A DNA stretch of 63,807 nt, counting the filler, from Chiloscyllium plagiosum (lineage: Eukaryota), in NCBI RefSeq assembly GCF_004010195.1. It is 9 parts of one record of this genome, joined end to end, with 100 filler letters (N's around TTAATTAATTAA, not from the genome) between each part and the next. Parts side by side here need not be neighbours in the genome. Positions count along the whole stretch, not along the records: positions 46,413 to 53,821 come from NC_057710.1; positions 53,922 to 57,774 come from NC_057710.1; positions 57,875 to 61,921 come from NC_057710.1; positions 62,022 to 63,807 come from NC_057710.1; 5 more parts are not named here. One strand, given 5' to 3'. Made by a program: the position numbers and the translations under genes. Under the pieces are notes generated by a model. That model worked only from the letters and a program-made list of their open reading frames with translations, ran no database searches and was not told the origin of the DNA. Below are positions 50,462 to 63,548 of this stretch, piece by piece. Each line of letters begins with the position of its first letter. Position 1 is the stretch's first letter.

Positions 50462-50760
50462 GGGTGGTACGATGGCACAGTGGTTAGCACTGCTGCCTCA
50501 CAGTGACAGGGTCCCAGTTCGATTCCAGCCTCGGGCGACTGTCTGTGTGGAGTTTGCACATTCTCCCCGTGTCTGCGTGCAGGTCAGGTGAATTGACCAT
50601 GCTAAATTGCCCATTGTATCAATGTGTATGTTAGCTTCGTTAATCAGGGAAAATGTAGAGTAATAGGGGAGGGGAATGGATCTGGGTGGGCTACTCTTCG
50701 AAGGGTCAGTGTGGACTTGTGAAGCCAAATGGCCTGTTTCCACACTGTAAGGATTCTAAG
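50462..50760 (+). mobile_element. HE1-type SINE within an old CR1
   Basis: TGGCACAGTGGTTAGCACTGCTGCCTCAC head, GTTCGATTCC B box. Confidence 0.8.
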
Positions 50761-51784
50761 AGGATGAAAGAGGGCTAAAGGCAGATAAGTCCCTGGTCCT
50801 GATGACTTGCATCCTAGTATCCTAAAAGAAGGAGCTACAGAAATAGTGGATACGTTGATTGTAATTTTCCAAAAACCCTTGGATTCTGGAGAAGTATTAG
50901 TGCGCCAATGTGAGAGCTCAATTCAGAAAGGGAGGGAGAGAGGTAAAAAGCAGGTAACTACAGGCCAATTAGCCGAGCATGCTTGATCAGATTATAATTT
51001 TGTAAATATTCTGCAAATACTTTAATAATTGATGCAGTACATGTCCACATGAATCAACATGGCTTTATGGAAAGGAAATTGTATCTGACTAACGTCTTTG
51101 CATTTATTAAGGATGTATCAACCAGAGTCATAAATTCATGCAGCTTGGAAACAAACCCTTTGCCCAACTCAAACTTGCTGACTATGTTTCCCAAACTGAA
51201 CTAGTCCCAATTTGCCTGTGTTTGGCCCATATTCCTCGAAATCATTCCTATCCATGTACCTGTTCAATTATCTATTAAATGTTGTAATTGTACTCACCTC
51301 TATCACTTCCTCTGGCACCCTCTGTGTGAAAATGTTGCCCCTCAGGTCCCTTTTAAGTCCTTCCCCTCTCACCTTAAACCTATGCCCCTTGTTTTGGACT
51401 ACCCTACCCTGGAGACCTTGGCTATTCAACATTTCGATGCCCCTCGAGATTTTATAAACCTCTATGAGGGCATTCCTGATAACTCCAGCTTGATAACATC
51501 CTTCCTATAGCAGGAAGAGCAGAATTATACAGAGTACTCCAAACATGGCCTCCCCAATATTCTTTGCAGCACCTCCATCATGTCCCAACTCCTGTACTCA
51601 GTGCTCTGACCGATGAGAGCAAGCATGACAAATGCCTTTTTCACTAATCTGTCCACCTGTGATGCCATTTTCAAGGTGCTCTGGACCTGCACCCTCGGGT
51701 GTCTGTTCGACATCACACCCCAGGGCCCTACCATCGCTGTGTAAGTTCTTACCAAAATGTAAAACCTCATATTTGTCTAAGTTA

Positions 51785-53790
51785 CATAGAACATAGAACA
51801 TAGAAAAGTACAGCACAGAACAGGCCCTTTGGCCCACGATGTTGTGCTAATGTAACCTAACCTACAAACCCCACAACTCACTGCTATCCAGGTGCATGTC
51901 CAGCAGTCGCTTAAATGTCCCCAAAGACTCTGCTTCCACCACCACCGCTGGTAACGCGTTCCATGCATTCACAACTCTCTGGTTAAAGAACCTACCTCTA
52001 AACCTTCCTCCTAATATCTTCAAACTATGTCCCCTCATGCCAGTCAATCCTGCTCTGGGGAAAAGTCTCTGGCTTTTGACACTATCCATTCCTCTCATTA
52101 TCTTGTCTATCTCGATCAGGTCTCCGCTCTCCCTCTTTCTCTTCAGAGAGAAAAGTTCAGGCTTAGTCAACCTCTCTTCACAAGTCAAGCCCTCCAGTCT
52201 AGGCAGCATCCTGGTAAATCTTCTTTGCACCCTCTCCAAAGCCTCTGTATCTTTCCTATAGCTGGGCAACCAGAACTGGACACAATATTCCAAGTGTGGC
52301 CTCACCAGGGACTTGTAGAGCTGCAGCAAAACCTCGCGGCTCTTAAACTCGATCCCCCTGTTAATGAAAGCCAAAACACCATGTGCTTTCTTAACAACCC
52401 TATCCATTTGGGATCTATGTACTTGCACACCAAGATCCCTCTGTTCCTCAACACTGCCAAGAATCCTGTCTTTAATCCTATATTCAGCATTCAAGTTTGA
52501 CCATTCAAAATGCATCACTTTCCATTTATCCAGGTTGAACTCCATCTGCCATTTCTCAGCCCAGCTCTGCATCCTGTCTATGTCGCACTGCAGCCTGCAG
52601 TAGCCCTCGATACTATCGACGACACCTTCAACCTTTGTGTCATCTGCAAATTTACTAACCCATCCCTCAACCTCCTCATTCAAGTCATTTATAAAAACTA
52701 CAAAGAGCAGAGGCCCACATACAGAGCCCTGCAGGACCCCACTCAACACTGACCTCCAGCCAGAATACTTCCCATATACAACCACTCTCTGCCTTCTGTC
52801 AGCCAGCCAAATCTGAATCCAGATAGTCAAATCTCCCTGTATCCCATACTTCCTGACTTTATGAATGAGCCTACCATGGGGAATCTTATAAACTGCCTTG
52901 CTGAAGTCCATATGCACCATATCCACTACTCGACCTTCACTGACATGTCTCGTCACCTCCTCAAAGAACTCAATAAGATTTGTGAGGCATGACCTACCCC
53001 TCTCAAAGCCATGCTGACTGCCTTTAATCACACTATGCTTTTCCAAATAGTCATAAATCCTATCCCTCAGAATTCTTTCCAAAACCTTGCTGACCACAGA
53101 TGTGAGACTGACTGGTCTGTAGTTGCCAGAGATTTCCCTATTCTCCTTCTTGAAAAGAGGAACAGCATTCGCCTCTCTCCAATCCTCAATGTACGACTCC
53201 CGTGGAGACTGAGGAGGCAAATATCCTCGCCAGCGGCTTAGCAACCTCCTTTCTCGCTTCCCGAAACAGCCGAGGATAAATCTGGTCTGGCGCTGGGGAC
53301 TTATCAATCTTAATGTTTTCCAAAATTTCCAGCACATCCACTTCATCAATCTTAATCTGGTCAAGACTGTATCCCAGCTCCTCTAAGTTTTCATTTACAA
53401 CAAGTTCCTTTTCTTGGTTAAAACTGAAGCAAAAAACTCATTTAGGGCTTCCCCTATCTGCTCAGACTCCACACACAAGTTCCCTCCGTTTTCCCTGATC
53501 GGCCCGACCTTCTCCCTGATCAATCTCTTATTCCTCACATATGAGTAAAATGCCTTTGGATTCTCCCGAATCCTTCTTGCCAAGCCCTTTTCGTGCCCCC
53601 TCCTGGCTCTCCTCAGTCCATTTCTGAGCTCCTGTCCAGCAAGCCTATAATCCTCTAAAGCTGTGCTAGACCCTTGCTCCCTCCACCTTACGTAAGCTGC
53701 CTTCTTCCTTTAGATGAGAAGTTCCTCTGTTCTCATCATCCAATGTTCCTTAATCTTACCCCTTCTTACCTGTCTCAGAGGAACAAATTA
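51785..53790 (-). mobile_element. Relatively well-preserved CR1 ORF2 (500-aa open frame over RT) and 3' UTR with (TTCTATG)n tail
   Basis: ORF 51862-53364: NYRPVSLTS, SQHGF, DFSKA, FADD, WQMEFN, LVRPHLEYC; frameshift upstream and small internal deletions. Confidence 0.93.
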
Positions 53791-54013
53791 TCACATAAGC
53801 CTCCTTCTTCCACTTAACAAGNNNNNNNNNNNNNNNNNNNNNNNNNNNNNNNNNNNNNNNNNNNNTTAATTAATTAANNNNNNNNNNNNNNNNNNNNNNN
53901 NNNNNNNNNNNNNNNNNNNNNTGCCAGGTTTTAAATCTTTCAGCAGCAGGGAATGAAGAATCTGCTGTTGACAATGGGAACCGTGGAAATGGAACTGTGT
54001 TCACTGTCCCCAG

Positions 54014-54099
54014 TAACAGACCGACCAGTCATTCACCAGGAGCTGGCTGGGAGACCAAGATTAAAGGAGCTACTTCACGTGGACAAGAAACTGCTTCAG
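54014..54099 (+). CDS. Candidate cytoplasmic exon after TM2, (S)NRPTSHSPGAGWETKIKGATSRGQETAS
   Basis: cccag (or aacag, +6) acceptor, CAG|gtgagg donor, open when read from phase 2. Confidence 0.4.
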
Positions 54100-57000
54100 G
54101 TGAGGAAGATCTGTCTGGATAATCCTCAGGGAGTTGAGTTTGGAATTATAGAATTGGTGGCATCACAGAGGTCTGTGTTAGCTCTCTCTTTGAGCTCGTC
54201 AACTTCCCATTCAAGCTCACCAGCTTCCGGTTCAAACCTGTCATCTCTCCGTTGGAGGCAGTCAGCTCATGCCCATAGTCCTGTTTCATTTCTATTTCTC
54301 ACCTGACTCCTTTTGTGAAAGCCACAAAAGTGCATTTGAAGGTTTGGAGAAAGTGGTGACAGGGTGGTTATTTCAGTGGAATAATAACCCAGCGCCTGAG
54401 GTAATGTTCTGGGGATGTGGATTCAAATCTCACCACACTACATGGTGATATGTGAATTCACTAAAAACTGGGCACAAAAAGGACTTGCCTAATGCTGGCA
54501 ATGTGACTACAATGTTAATTACAGTAAAAATCTCCCTGGTTCACTAATGTCCTTTGTTGACAATTTATCTGCTCTGGCCTACATGTGACTCCATACCCAT
54601 TGCAATTAATCCTCCCTGGGCAATTAGGGATTGGAAATAAATGCTGGTTAGCAAGTGGATTAAAAAAAAGTAACCATTTGTGGTGTAAAAATATTTGTCC
54701 TTGTGTTGTGTTAACTTCTTTTCCCAAACATCTGCACTCGGTGTACTTTGATTCTTGACCCTTCTCCCAGTGGAAACAATTGCTTTCTATTTACTTTGTC
54801 CTTTGTGACTTTGAACACCTCTGCCAAATTTCTTCTCAAACTCTAGAGCACACCAAATTTACCAATCTACTCTTGTGACAGCAGCTTCTGATCCCTGGTA
54901 CAAAACCATCATTTTTTTTTGCACTTCCTCCAAGCTGCTCAGGTGTGACAGCAGCCAGCAGCATAAAGATAACTCATCAACATGAGATATTAATTCCAGA
55001 TGCCTTCACCAATACTCTGCAGACATCTACTCAAATCAAGACAGTATTTGGGGATGTTTAATGACCGTGAAACTTCTGAATTTATGGAAAACCCCATCTG
55101 GTTCACCCAGTGTCCTCTCTAAAGGAGGAAAAGTATTGCTCTTATGGAGGCATAGGGTCATGCAGCACAGCAACAGACCATTTGTTCCAACTTGTTCATG
55201 CTGACCAGACATTCCAATCTGACCTCGTTCCATTTGTCAGCATATGGCCAATTTCCCTCTCAACCATTCCTATTCATTTCCCATCCAGATACCTTTTAAA
55301 TGTTGTAATTGCATCAGTCTCCACCATTTCCTCTAGCAGCTTGTTCCAATGTACACAGCCACCCTTGGTGGGAAAAGGTCCTTTTTAATTCTATCCCTTC
55401 TCACTTTAAACCTATGCCCTCTCGTTTTGAACTCCCCCACCCTTAGAAAAAGACCTTGGCTATTCCTCAATAAGGTCACTCCTCATCCTCCAGTGCTCTA
55501 AGGAAGATAGCCCCAGCCTATTTGGTCTGTCCCTCCAACTTACACCCTCCAATTCTGGATATGTCATATAAATCCTATCCTGATTTACGTTACCAAAATG
55601 CAACAGCTCACATTTATCTAAATTAAATTCCTTCTGTCACTCTTCGGCCTATCTGCCCATCTGATCAAGATGCTGTTCTACTCTGAGATAACCTTCTTCA
55701 TTGTCCACACCATCACCAATTTTGGTGTCATCTGCAAATTTATTAACAATGCCTCCTACATTCACCTTTAAATCATTTATATAAATGACAAACAACCATA
55801 GAGCCAGCACTGATCCTTGTGTCACACTGTCCTCACAGGCCTCCATCTGACAAACTACCCTCTAATTTTTTAAACAAATAATAAAGTCAAGACTTCTCCT
55901 CTGACACTGACCTCATCAAACACTCCTTGGAATAAAGTACAGAATAAAGGTCACTACTCATTTAAAACAGAAAGGTAAAAGGTCCCCAACTCAGATTGAA
56001 ATAAAGTTCCAGTGACTCTCTGGAAAAAAAGAAAACATATAATCAAACAAAAAAATGGCTTTCTTTGACTCCATCCCCACCAACCACACTCGGGACAGGG
56101 ACAATGAGGGGTTGAAATGTGGAATAAACATTTCATGACTCAGTCAAGTGCAAAGTAAACTAAAAATCAAACCCCATGCTCCATCCCCACTGAACGCTCC
56201 CAGGACAGGGACAACAATGGTCTAAAAACCAGAGGGAAAGGTTCCTTTACCCATTGCAAATGAAAATCAAATTCCCCTTACACCGATCCCATCAAGCACT
56301 ACAGGAACAGGGACAATACCAAGCTAAACTAAAAGCCCCCTTGACTCTTTCAATGGATGCAATGTCAATACAAAGGGAACATAATACAGCCCTGTTCCTG
56401 AGGCACCAAACCAAAACCAAACACAAACTCAAAACCAAAGAAAACAAAACCAGAAATAAAACCAACTAAATTAGTCCTTACTATCTCCAAATAACTAAAT
56501 CAGAATACCATAAAGTGGCTGATAATGCCCTCCAGCCTTCATGTCTGGGAATAGATCGCCAGTAAGGGCAGCCGTGCCGACATAAAAGGCTGGAGTGAGC
56601 AAGATGGTCTGCTAATTTGTTACCATCTCGGGTACCCTCAGGGTAACTATTCTCACTGCAGTCCCCACGCAGCATTTCAAGGCCTTCCAGTTCTTGTGGC
56701 TTGAGCAAAACCTCAGTGGCCACACCCAGCTCAGTTTCCAAAGTACCTGGTCCAGTTGCGGTGGACTTTGAGGGGGTGGGTTCATGTCCCCTTTCCAAGA
56801 GAGGAGGGAGAAGGGTTTCTGTGGGACGTGGCGCTCTTATCACTGGGGGAACTATTGTTAGTACTGGACTCCCCTGGGCCCTCAGGCCCTAAGGACTGGT
56901 GCCATCTCCACGACAGTGGGGGTGCAAGAGATACCTCCATCTCTCCATTGTCTTGCTGCCCACCTTCCCTTAACTCTCCTCCTTTCTTTCTTTTCCCTCA

Positions 57001-57239
57001 TGGGGCACACAAGAGGCCAGGGGAAAATGGGGGCACTGCCCATGCACTCCTGCACTCATCATCAATGAGCCCCAGGCCAGGCCCAAATCCCACGTTGTCT
57101 TGATGGTCGCAGGACTGCTATCCTTTAGAAGGGATTCTGTCCCCATCTGACGGCCAATGGCCTCAGGATCATCTGGGGAATCATCGTGGGAGACCACCCC
57201 TAAACGTTTAGTGTTCTTCCAGGCTTTCCTCCTCTGCAG

Positions 57240-57537
57240 ACACTCTGTCCCCACCTCAATGGTGTATGTAGGTAGCTCCTCCTTACAGACATGATACTGT
57301 ACACCCTCTGGTGACCAGTATCACACTTGTGTGGGCCAGGCAGATGAAAATCTGTTGCTGTCAGAAATAAATGTTTCTCAGGCAGGCCTCCTTCAGATTG
57401 AGCAGTAGCAACACCATACCTGACCTCACCTCCCCTCGCTGGCAGAGGTGGGAAGAGAATGAGCTTAGATGATACAAAGAGTGGGAAGTTTGATAAAATG
57501 ATCCTCTGAGCAACTACTTCCAGCAGGCTGACAGACA
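57240..57537 (-). mobile_element. Decayed Tx1/L1 ORF1 fragment
   Basis: LEVVAQRIILSNFPLFVSS..I resembles the Tx1 ORF1 RRM-like ILSNVPPF motif. Confidence 0.5.
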
Positions 57538-57774
57538 AGAACATAGAACATAGAACATAGAACATAGAACATAGAACATAGAACATAGAACATAGAACAT
57601 AGAACATAGAACATAGAACATAGAACATAGAACATAGAACATAGAACATAGAACATAGAACATAGAACATAGAACATAGAACATAGAACATAGAACATAG
57701 AACATAGAACATAGAACATAGAACATAGAACATAGAACATAGAACATAGAACATAGAACATAGAACATAGAACA
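57538..57774. repeat. Perfect (AGAACAT)n heptamer array, about 34 units, runs into a gap
   Basis: Reverse complement of the (TTCTATG)n tail of the CR1 subfamily at 24920-24940 and 51785-51805. Confidence 0.97.
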
Positions 57775-57874
57775 NNNNNNNNNNNNNNNNNNNNNNNNNN
57801 NNNNNNNNNNNNNNNNNNTTAATTAATTAANNNNNNNNNNNNNNNNNNNNNNNNNNNNNNNNNNNNNNNNNNNN

Positions 57875-60800
57875 TTTTTCATTGGAGAAAAGGAGGAGGA
57901 GAGGGGACCTAATTGAGGTATACAAGGTAATGAGAGGCATAGATAGAGTCGATAGCCAGAGACTATTTCCCAGGGCAGAAATGACTAACACGAGGGGTCA
58001 TAGTTTTAAGCTGTTTGGCGGAAAGTATAGAGGGGATGTCAGAGGCGGGTTCTTTACACAGAGAGTTGTGAGAGCATGGAATGCATTGCCAGCAGCAGTT
58101 GTGGAAGCAAGGTCATTGGGGACATTTAAGAGACTGCTGGACATGCATATGGTCACAGAAATGTGAGGGTGCTTACATGAGGATCAGTAGTTGGCACAAC
58201 ATCGTGGGCTGAAGGGTCTGTTCTGTGCTGTACTGTTCTATGTTCTAAGAAGGGAAATTATAGATAATTCAGGAAACTATAGACTAGTCAGTCTCATATC
58301 AGTGGTTGGGAAGCTATTCAAGAGAATTCTTAATGATAGGATATACATACATTTGAAAACACAAGGCCTAATGAGAGACAATCAGCATGATTTTGTGCAG
58401 TGCAGGTCATCTCTTACTAACTTGATTGAATTTTTTGAGGAAGTTACAAAGGTACTTGGTAAGGTTGGAGCAATGGATGTTGTCGACATGGATTTTAGTA
58501 AGGCTTTCGACAAGGTCCCTTGTAGAGTCAAAGAGTCATAGAGATGTACAGCACCGAAACAGACCCTTTAGTCCAACTTTTCCATGCCGACCAGATATCC
58601 TCACCGAATCCAGTCCCATTTGCCAGCACTTGGCCCATAATCCCTCTAAAACCTTCCAATTCACATACCCATCCAGATGTCTTTAAATGCTGTAATATTC
58701 CAGCCTCCACCACTTCCTCTGGCAGCTCATTCCATACACACACCACCCTCTACATGAAAACATTGCCCCTTAGGTCCCTTACATATATTTCCCCTCTCAC
58801 CCTAAACCTATGCCCTCTAGTTCTGGACTCCCCCACCCCAGAGAAAAGATTTTGTCTATTTTCCCTATCTATGCCCCTCATGATTTTATAGACCTCTATG
58901 AGGTCACCCCTCAGCCTCCGATGCTCCAAGGAACATAGCCCCTGCCCATTCAGCCTCTCCCTATTTCTCAAATCCTCCAACCCTGGCAATGTCCTTGTAA
59001 ATCTTTTCTGAACCCTTTCAAGTTTCACAATATCCTTCCCATAGGAAGGAGACCAGAATTGCATGCAGTATTCCAAAAGTGGCCAAACCAATGTTCTGTA
59101 CAGCCACAACATGACCTCCCAACTCCTGTACTCAATACTCTGACCAATAAAGGAAAGCATACCAAACACCGCCTTAGTTATCTCGCTAACGTTAAGGGCA
59201 TTTAAATGGGCATTGGAATACATATGGGTAATAATGGAACAGTGTAGGTTAGATGAAAATTGGATTATTTTCACAGGTCAATGCAACATCAAGGGCTGAA
59301 GGGCCTGTACGGTGCTGCAACATTCTGTGTTCACAATCCTATCTACCTGCGACTCTATTAGTATAGCCTCATACAGCATAGAACAGGTCCTTCGGCCCAC
59401 AATGTTGTGCCAAGGATTGATCCTAATATAAAATAAAGTCACCTAACCTACGCACCCCTCAATTCATTGCTGTCCATGTGCATGTCCAGCAAGCGCTTAA
59501 ATGTCCCTAATGACTCTGCTTCCACCACCACCACTGGCAGTGCATTCCATACATTCACAACTCTCTGCATAAAGAACCTACCACTGACGTCGCCTCTATA
59601 TCTTCCTCCTAATATCTTCAAACTATGTCCCCTCATGTCAATCAATCCTGCCCTGGGGAAAAGTCTCTGGCTAATGACCCTAACCCTGCCTCTCATTACC
59701 TTGTATACCTCGATCAGGTCACCTCTCTTTCTCTTTCTCTACAAAGAGAAACGTCCGAGCTTAGTCAACCTCTCTTCATAAGGCAAGCCCTTCAGTCCAG
59801 GCAGCATTCTGGTAAACCTCCTTTGTACCCTCTCCAAAGCCTCTTTATCTTTAGTAGGGCGACCAGAACTGGACACAATATTCCAAGTGTGGTCTCACCA
59901 GGGACTCGTAGAGTTGTAGCAAAACCTCGCGGCTCTTAAACTCGATCCCCCTATTAATGAAAACTAAAACACCATGTGCTTTCCTAACAACCCTATCCAC
60001 TTGGGAGACAACTTTGAGGGATCAATGTTCTTGAACACCAAGATCCCTCTGTGTTTAAGTGCCCTTAAAGTTGGTGAGTCTATTACTGTTACAGGCAGAC
60101 CGTTCCATGCCCTTACTACTCTCTGAGTGAAGAAACTCCCTCTGACATCTGTCCTATATCTATTACCTCTCAATTTAAAGCTATGTTCCCTCATGCTTGC
60201 TATCACCATCTGAGGAAAAAGGCTCTCACTGTCCATCCTATGTAACCCGCTGATTATTTCATATGTCTCAATTAAGTCACCTCTTAACCTTCTTCTCTCT
60301 AATGAAAACAGCCTAAAGTCCCTCAGCCTTTCCTCATAAAACCTTCCCTCCATACCAGGCAACATCCTAGTAAATCTACTCTGAACCCTTTCCAAAACTT
60401 CCACATCCTTCCTATCATGCGGTGAGCAGAACTATACACAGTACTCCAAATGCGGCAGCACCTGGGGTTTTGAACAGTTGTAACATGATCTCATGGTTCC
60501 TAAACTCAATCCCTCTTCCAATAAAAGTGAACACACTGTATGCCTTCTTAACAACCCTATCAACCTGTCATCTTTCAGGGATCTATGGACATGAACACTG
60601 AGATTTCTCTGCTCATCTACACTACCAAGAATCTTACCACTTGGTTACTCCTGTTATTCCTGTTACTCCTTCCAAAGTGAATCACCTCACATTTTTCCAC
60701 ATTAAATTCCATTTGCCACCTCTCAGCCCAGCTCTGCAGCTTATCTATGTCCCTCTGTAACCTGAAACATCCTGCAACACTATCCGCAACTCCACTGACC

Positions 60801-61185
60801 TTAGTGTCATCTGCAAATTTACTAACTCATCCTTCTACGTCCTCATCCAGGAGGAGAAAGTGAGGACTGCTGATGCTGGAGGTCAGATTTGAGAGTCCAT
60901 TGCAGGGAAAGCACGGCAGGCTCCTGATGAAGGGCTTATGCCTGAAACGTTAATTCTCCTGCTCCACAGCTGCCTGACCTGCTGTGCTTTTCCAGCAACA
61001 CACTTTCGACTATGCCCTGATCCAGGTCGTTTATAAAAATGACAGAGAGCAGTGGCCCCAAAACAGATCCTTGCAGTACAGCACTAGTAACTGAACTCCA
61101 GAATGAACATTTTCCATCAACCACCACCATCTGTCTTCTTTTAGCTAGCTAATTTTTGATCCAAACTGCTAAATCACCCTCAATC
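57875..61185. mobile_element. Nested cluster of CR1 fragments on both strands
   Basis: Repeated RGDLIEVYK, FFTQRVV, LERVQ.RFTR, QGSVLGP motifs. Confidence 0.85.
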
Positions 61186-61921
61186 ACATGCCTTCGCATT
61201 TCACCTTCTATGCTCGCTTTGAGCAGAATTTTGGCGGAGAGGTAACACCTATTCCGACGAACCTATCGCAGCAGTCACTGCATCAGAGTCAGATCAGTTT
61301 TCCTTTGTGTGAATCCAAGGAAAGTGATGGGATCAGATGGGGTACCAGGTCGTGCACTCAGAGCATGTGCAGATCAACTGGCAGAGGTCTTCTCAGGTAT
61401 CATCAACCTTTCCCTGCAGCAGGCCACTGTCCCTGCCTGTTCCAAGAAGGCTCATGCAGCATGTCTCAATGACTACCGCCCAGCGGCTCTAGCCTCAGTG
61501 GTCATGAAGTGCTTTGAAAGGCTGGTCATGCATTAATCAACTCCAGCCTCCCCACTACTCTTGACCCACTCCAATTTGCTTATCGGACCAACAGATCCAC
61601 GTCAGATGTCATTATCACTTGCCTTTCACTCCTCCCTAGAACATCTTGACACCAAGAACAGCTATGTAGACTACATTGACTACAGTTCAGCCCTCAGTGC
61701 TATTATCCCGTTGAGACTGATTACTAAACTCAGTGATCTCGGACTAAGCCCCATTCTCTGCAACAACATTCTTAGTTTCCTGACCCACAGGCGACAATCA
61801 ATGAAGATTGGGGACAATATTTCATCCTCACTGGAGTCCCCTATGGGTGCGTACTCAACTCCTATTTTACTCACTGTATACTCATGGCTGCATCGCCAAA
61901 TACCAGACTAATGCCATTTTA
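61185..61921 (+). mobile_element. Rex1/Babar LINE RT fragment
   Basis: [43 protein letters not shown]...IIP..LI.KL..LG. Confidence 0.8.
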
Positions 61922-62059
61922 NNNNNNNNNNNNNNNNNNNNNNNNNNNNNNNNNNNNNNNNNNNNTTAATTAATTAANNNNNNNNNNNNNNNNNNNNNNN
62001 NNNNNNNNNNNNNNNNNNNNNTTCTGCACCTACAGTCTATTATCTACTATCTATTGAGT

Positions 62060-63048
62060 CTTAATTGATTGTGTAGGTCCCCTATCTCAACCAAAAGGTG
62101 AAATACAGTATTTGTTCACAATCATGGCTGTGTCCAGTGTAATTCCAGAGGCCATTCCATTACACAGCATCACAGCTAAAAAGCTTGTTGAGGAATTATT
62201 CAGACTTTTCCCTCGATATGGACTACCAAGGGAGATACCGTTAGATCAAGGGTCAAACTATTTAAAGAAGTTATGGACAGCTAAGGAATAAAACAATTTA
62301 AATCAACTGCGTACCATCCAGAATCGGCGAGAGTATGAGAAAGGTGGCATCGAACATGATCCCCATGTTGAGGGCTTATAGTCAGGATTATCCAGCTGAT
62401 CGGGAGAAGGGAATTCTGTTTGTACCTTTTGCGATCTGAGATGCACCAAATGAATTGACTAAATGCAGTCCATTTGAATCAGGTTTTGTTCATGAAATGA
62501 GAGGACTGTTAAAATTGATTAAGGAGAAATTAATAAGTCAGAACTCAGAGATTTGGACTGCATGTCAAATTTTAGAGAATGATTAAATAGAGCTGGAGAG
62601 TTGGATGGACAGCATTTAAAAGTATCACAGCATACAATGAAACAGGAAACAGACAAGAAATCAAAATTCACAACTTTGCAATTGGGGATAAGGTATTGGT
62701 GTTACTTCCAGTAACAGGTGAACCTTTACAAGCAAGGTTTAGTGGACCTTATCAAATCGAGAGGAATTGAGTGAGGGCAAACTACCTGATAAGGACTCCA
62801 GACAGGAAGAAATCTCAGAGTGTGTCATGTGAATATGCTCAAAAGGTATTTTGATAGGGAAGGAAAGCAAGAGGAGAAGGTGTTAATGATCACAGCACAG
62901 AAGGAAGAACCAAGCTCAAAGGATTCTAAATTGGACATTCCTCAAATCAAATTGGTTAATGAGGAAATCCATGATGTAGAGATAGGAGATGCTGTTCCAA
63001 TTAAGCAACATCCTTATCAGCATAACCCTCTGAAGTTGGCACAGGTTC
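62060..63048 (+). mobile_element. Gypsy-superfamily element with integrase upstream of RT (Gmr1-like order)
   Basis: PEAIPL, RYGLPREI..DQGSN, TAYHPES, F.GPY, CHVNMLKRY, then IHDVEIGDAVPIKQHPY (RT N-terminus). Confidence 0.75.
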
Positions 63049-63548
63049 NNNNNNNNNNNNNNNNNNNNNNNNNNNNNNNNNNNNNNNNNNNNNNNNNNNN
63101 NNNNNNNNNNNNNNNNNNNNNNNNNNNNNNNNNNNNNNNNNNNNNNNNNNNNNNNNNNNNNNNNNNNNNNNNNNNNNNNNNNNNNNNNNNNNNNNNNNNN
63201 NNNNNNNNNNNNNNNNNNNNNNNNNNNNNNNNNNNNNNNNNNNNNNNNNNNNNNNNNNNNNNNNNNNNNNNNNNNNNNNNNNNNNNNNNNNNNNNNNNNN
63301 NNNNNNNNNNNNNNNNNNNNNNNNNNNNNNNNNNNNNNNNNNNNNNNNNNNNNNNNNNNNNNNNNNNNNNNNNNNNNNNNNNNNNNNNNNNNNNNNNNNN
63401 NNNNNNNNNNNNNNNNNNNNNNNNNNNNNNNNNNNNNNNNNNNNNNNNNNNNNNNNNNNNNNNNNNNNNNNNNNNNNNNNNNNNNNNNNNNNNNNNNNNN
63501 NNNNNNNNNNNNNNNNNNNNNNNNNNNNNNNNNNNNNNNNNNNNNNNN

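Noticed and set aside
51862..53364. 500-aa RT ORF as an active or domesticated gene
   Set aside because: N-terminus is out of frame, no endonuclease in frame, small deletions and degenerate motifs; an ordinary CR1 copy.
57200..57768. MFYVLCS-repeat proteins
   Set aside because: Translation of the (TTCTATG)n array.
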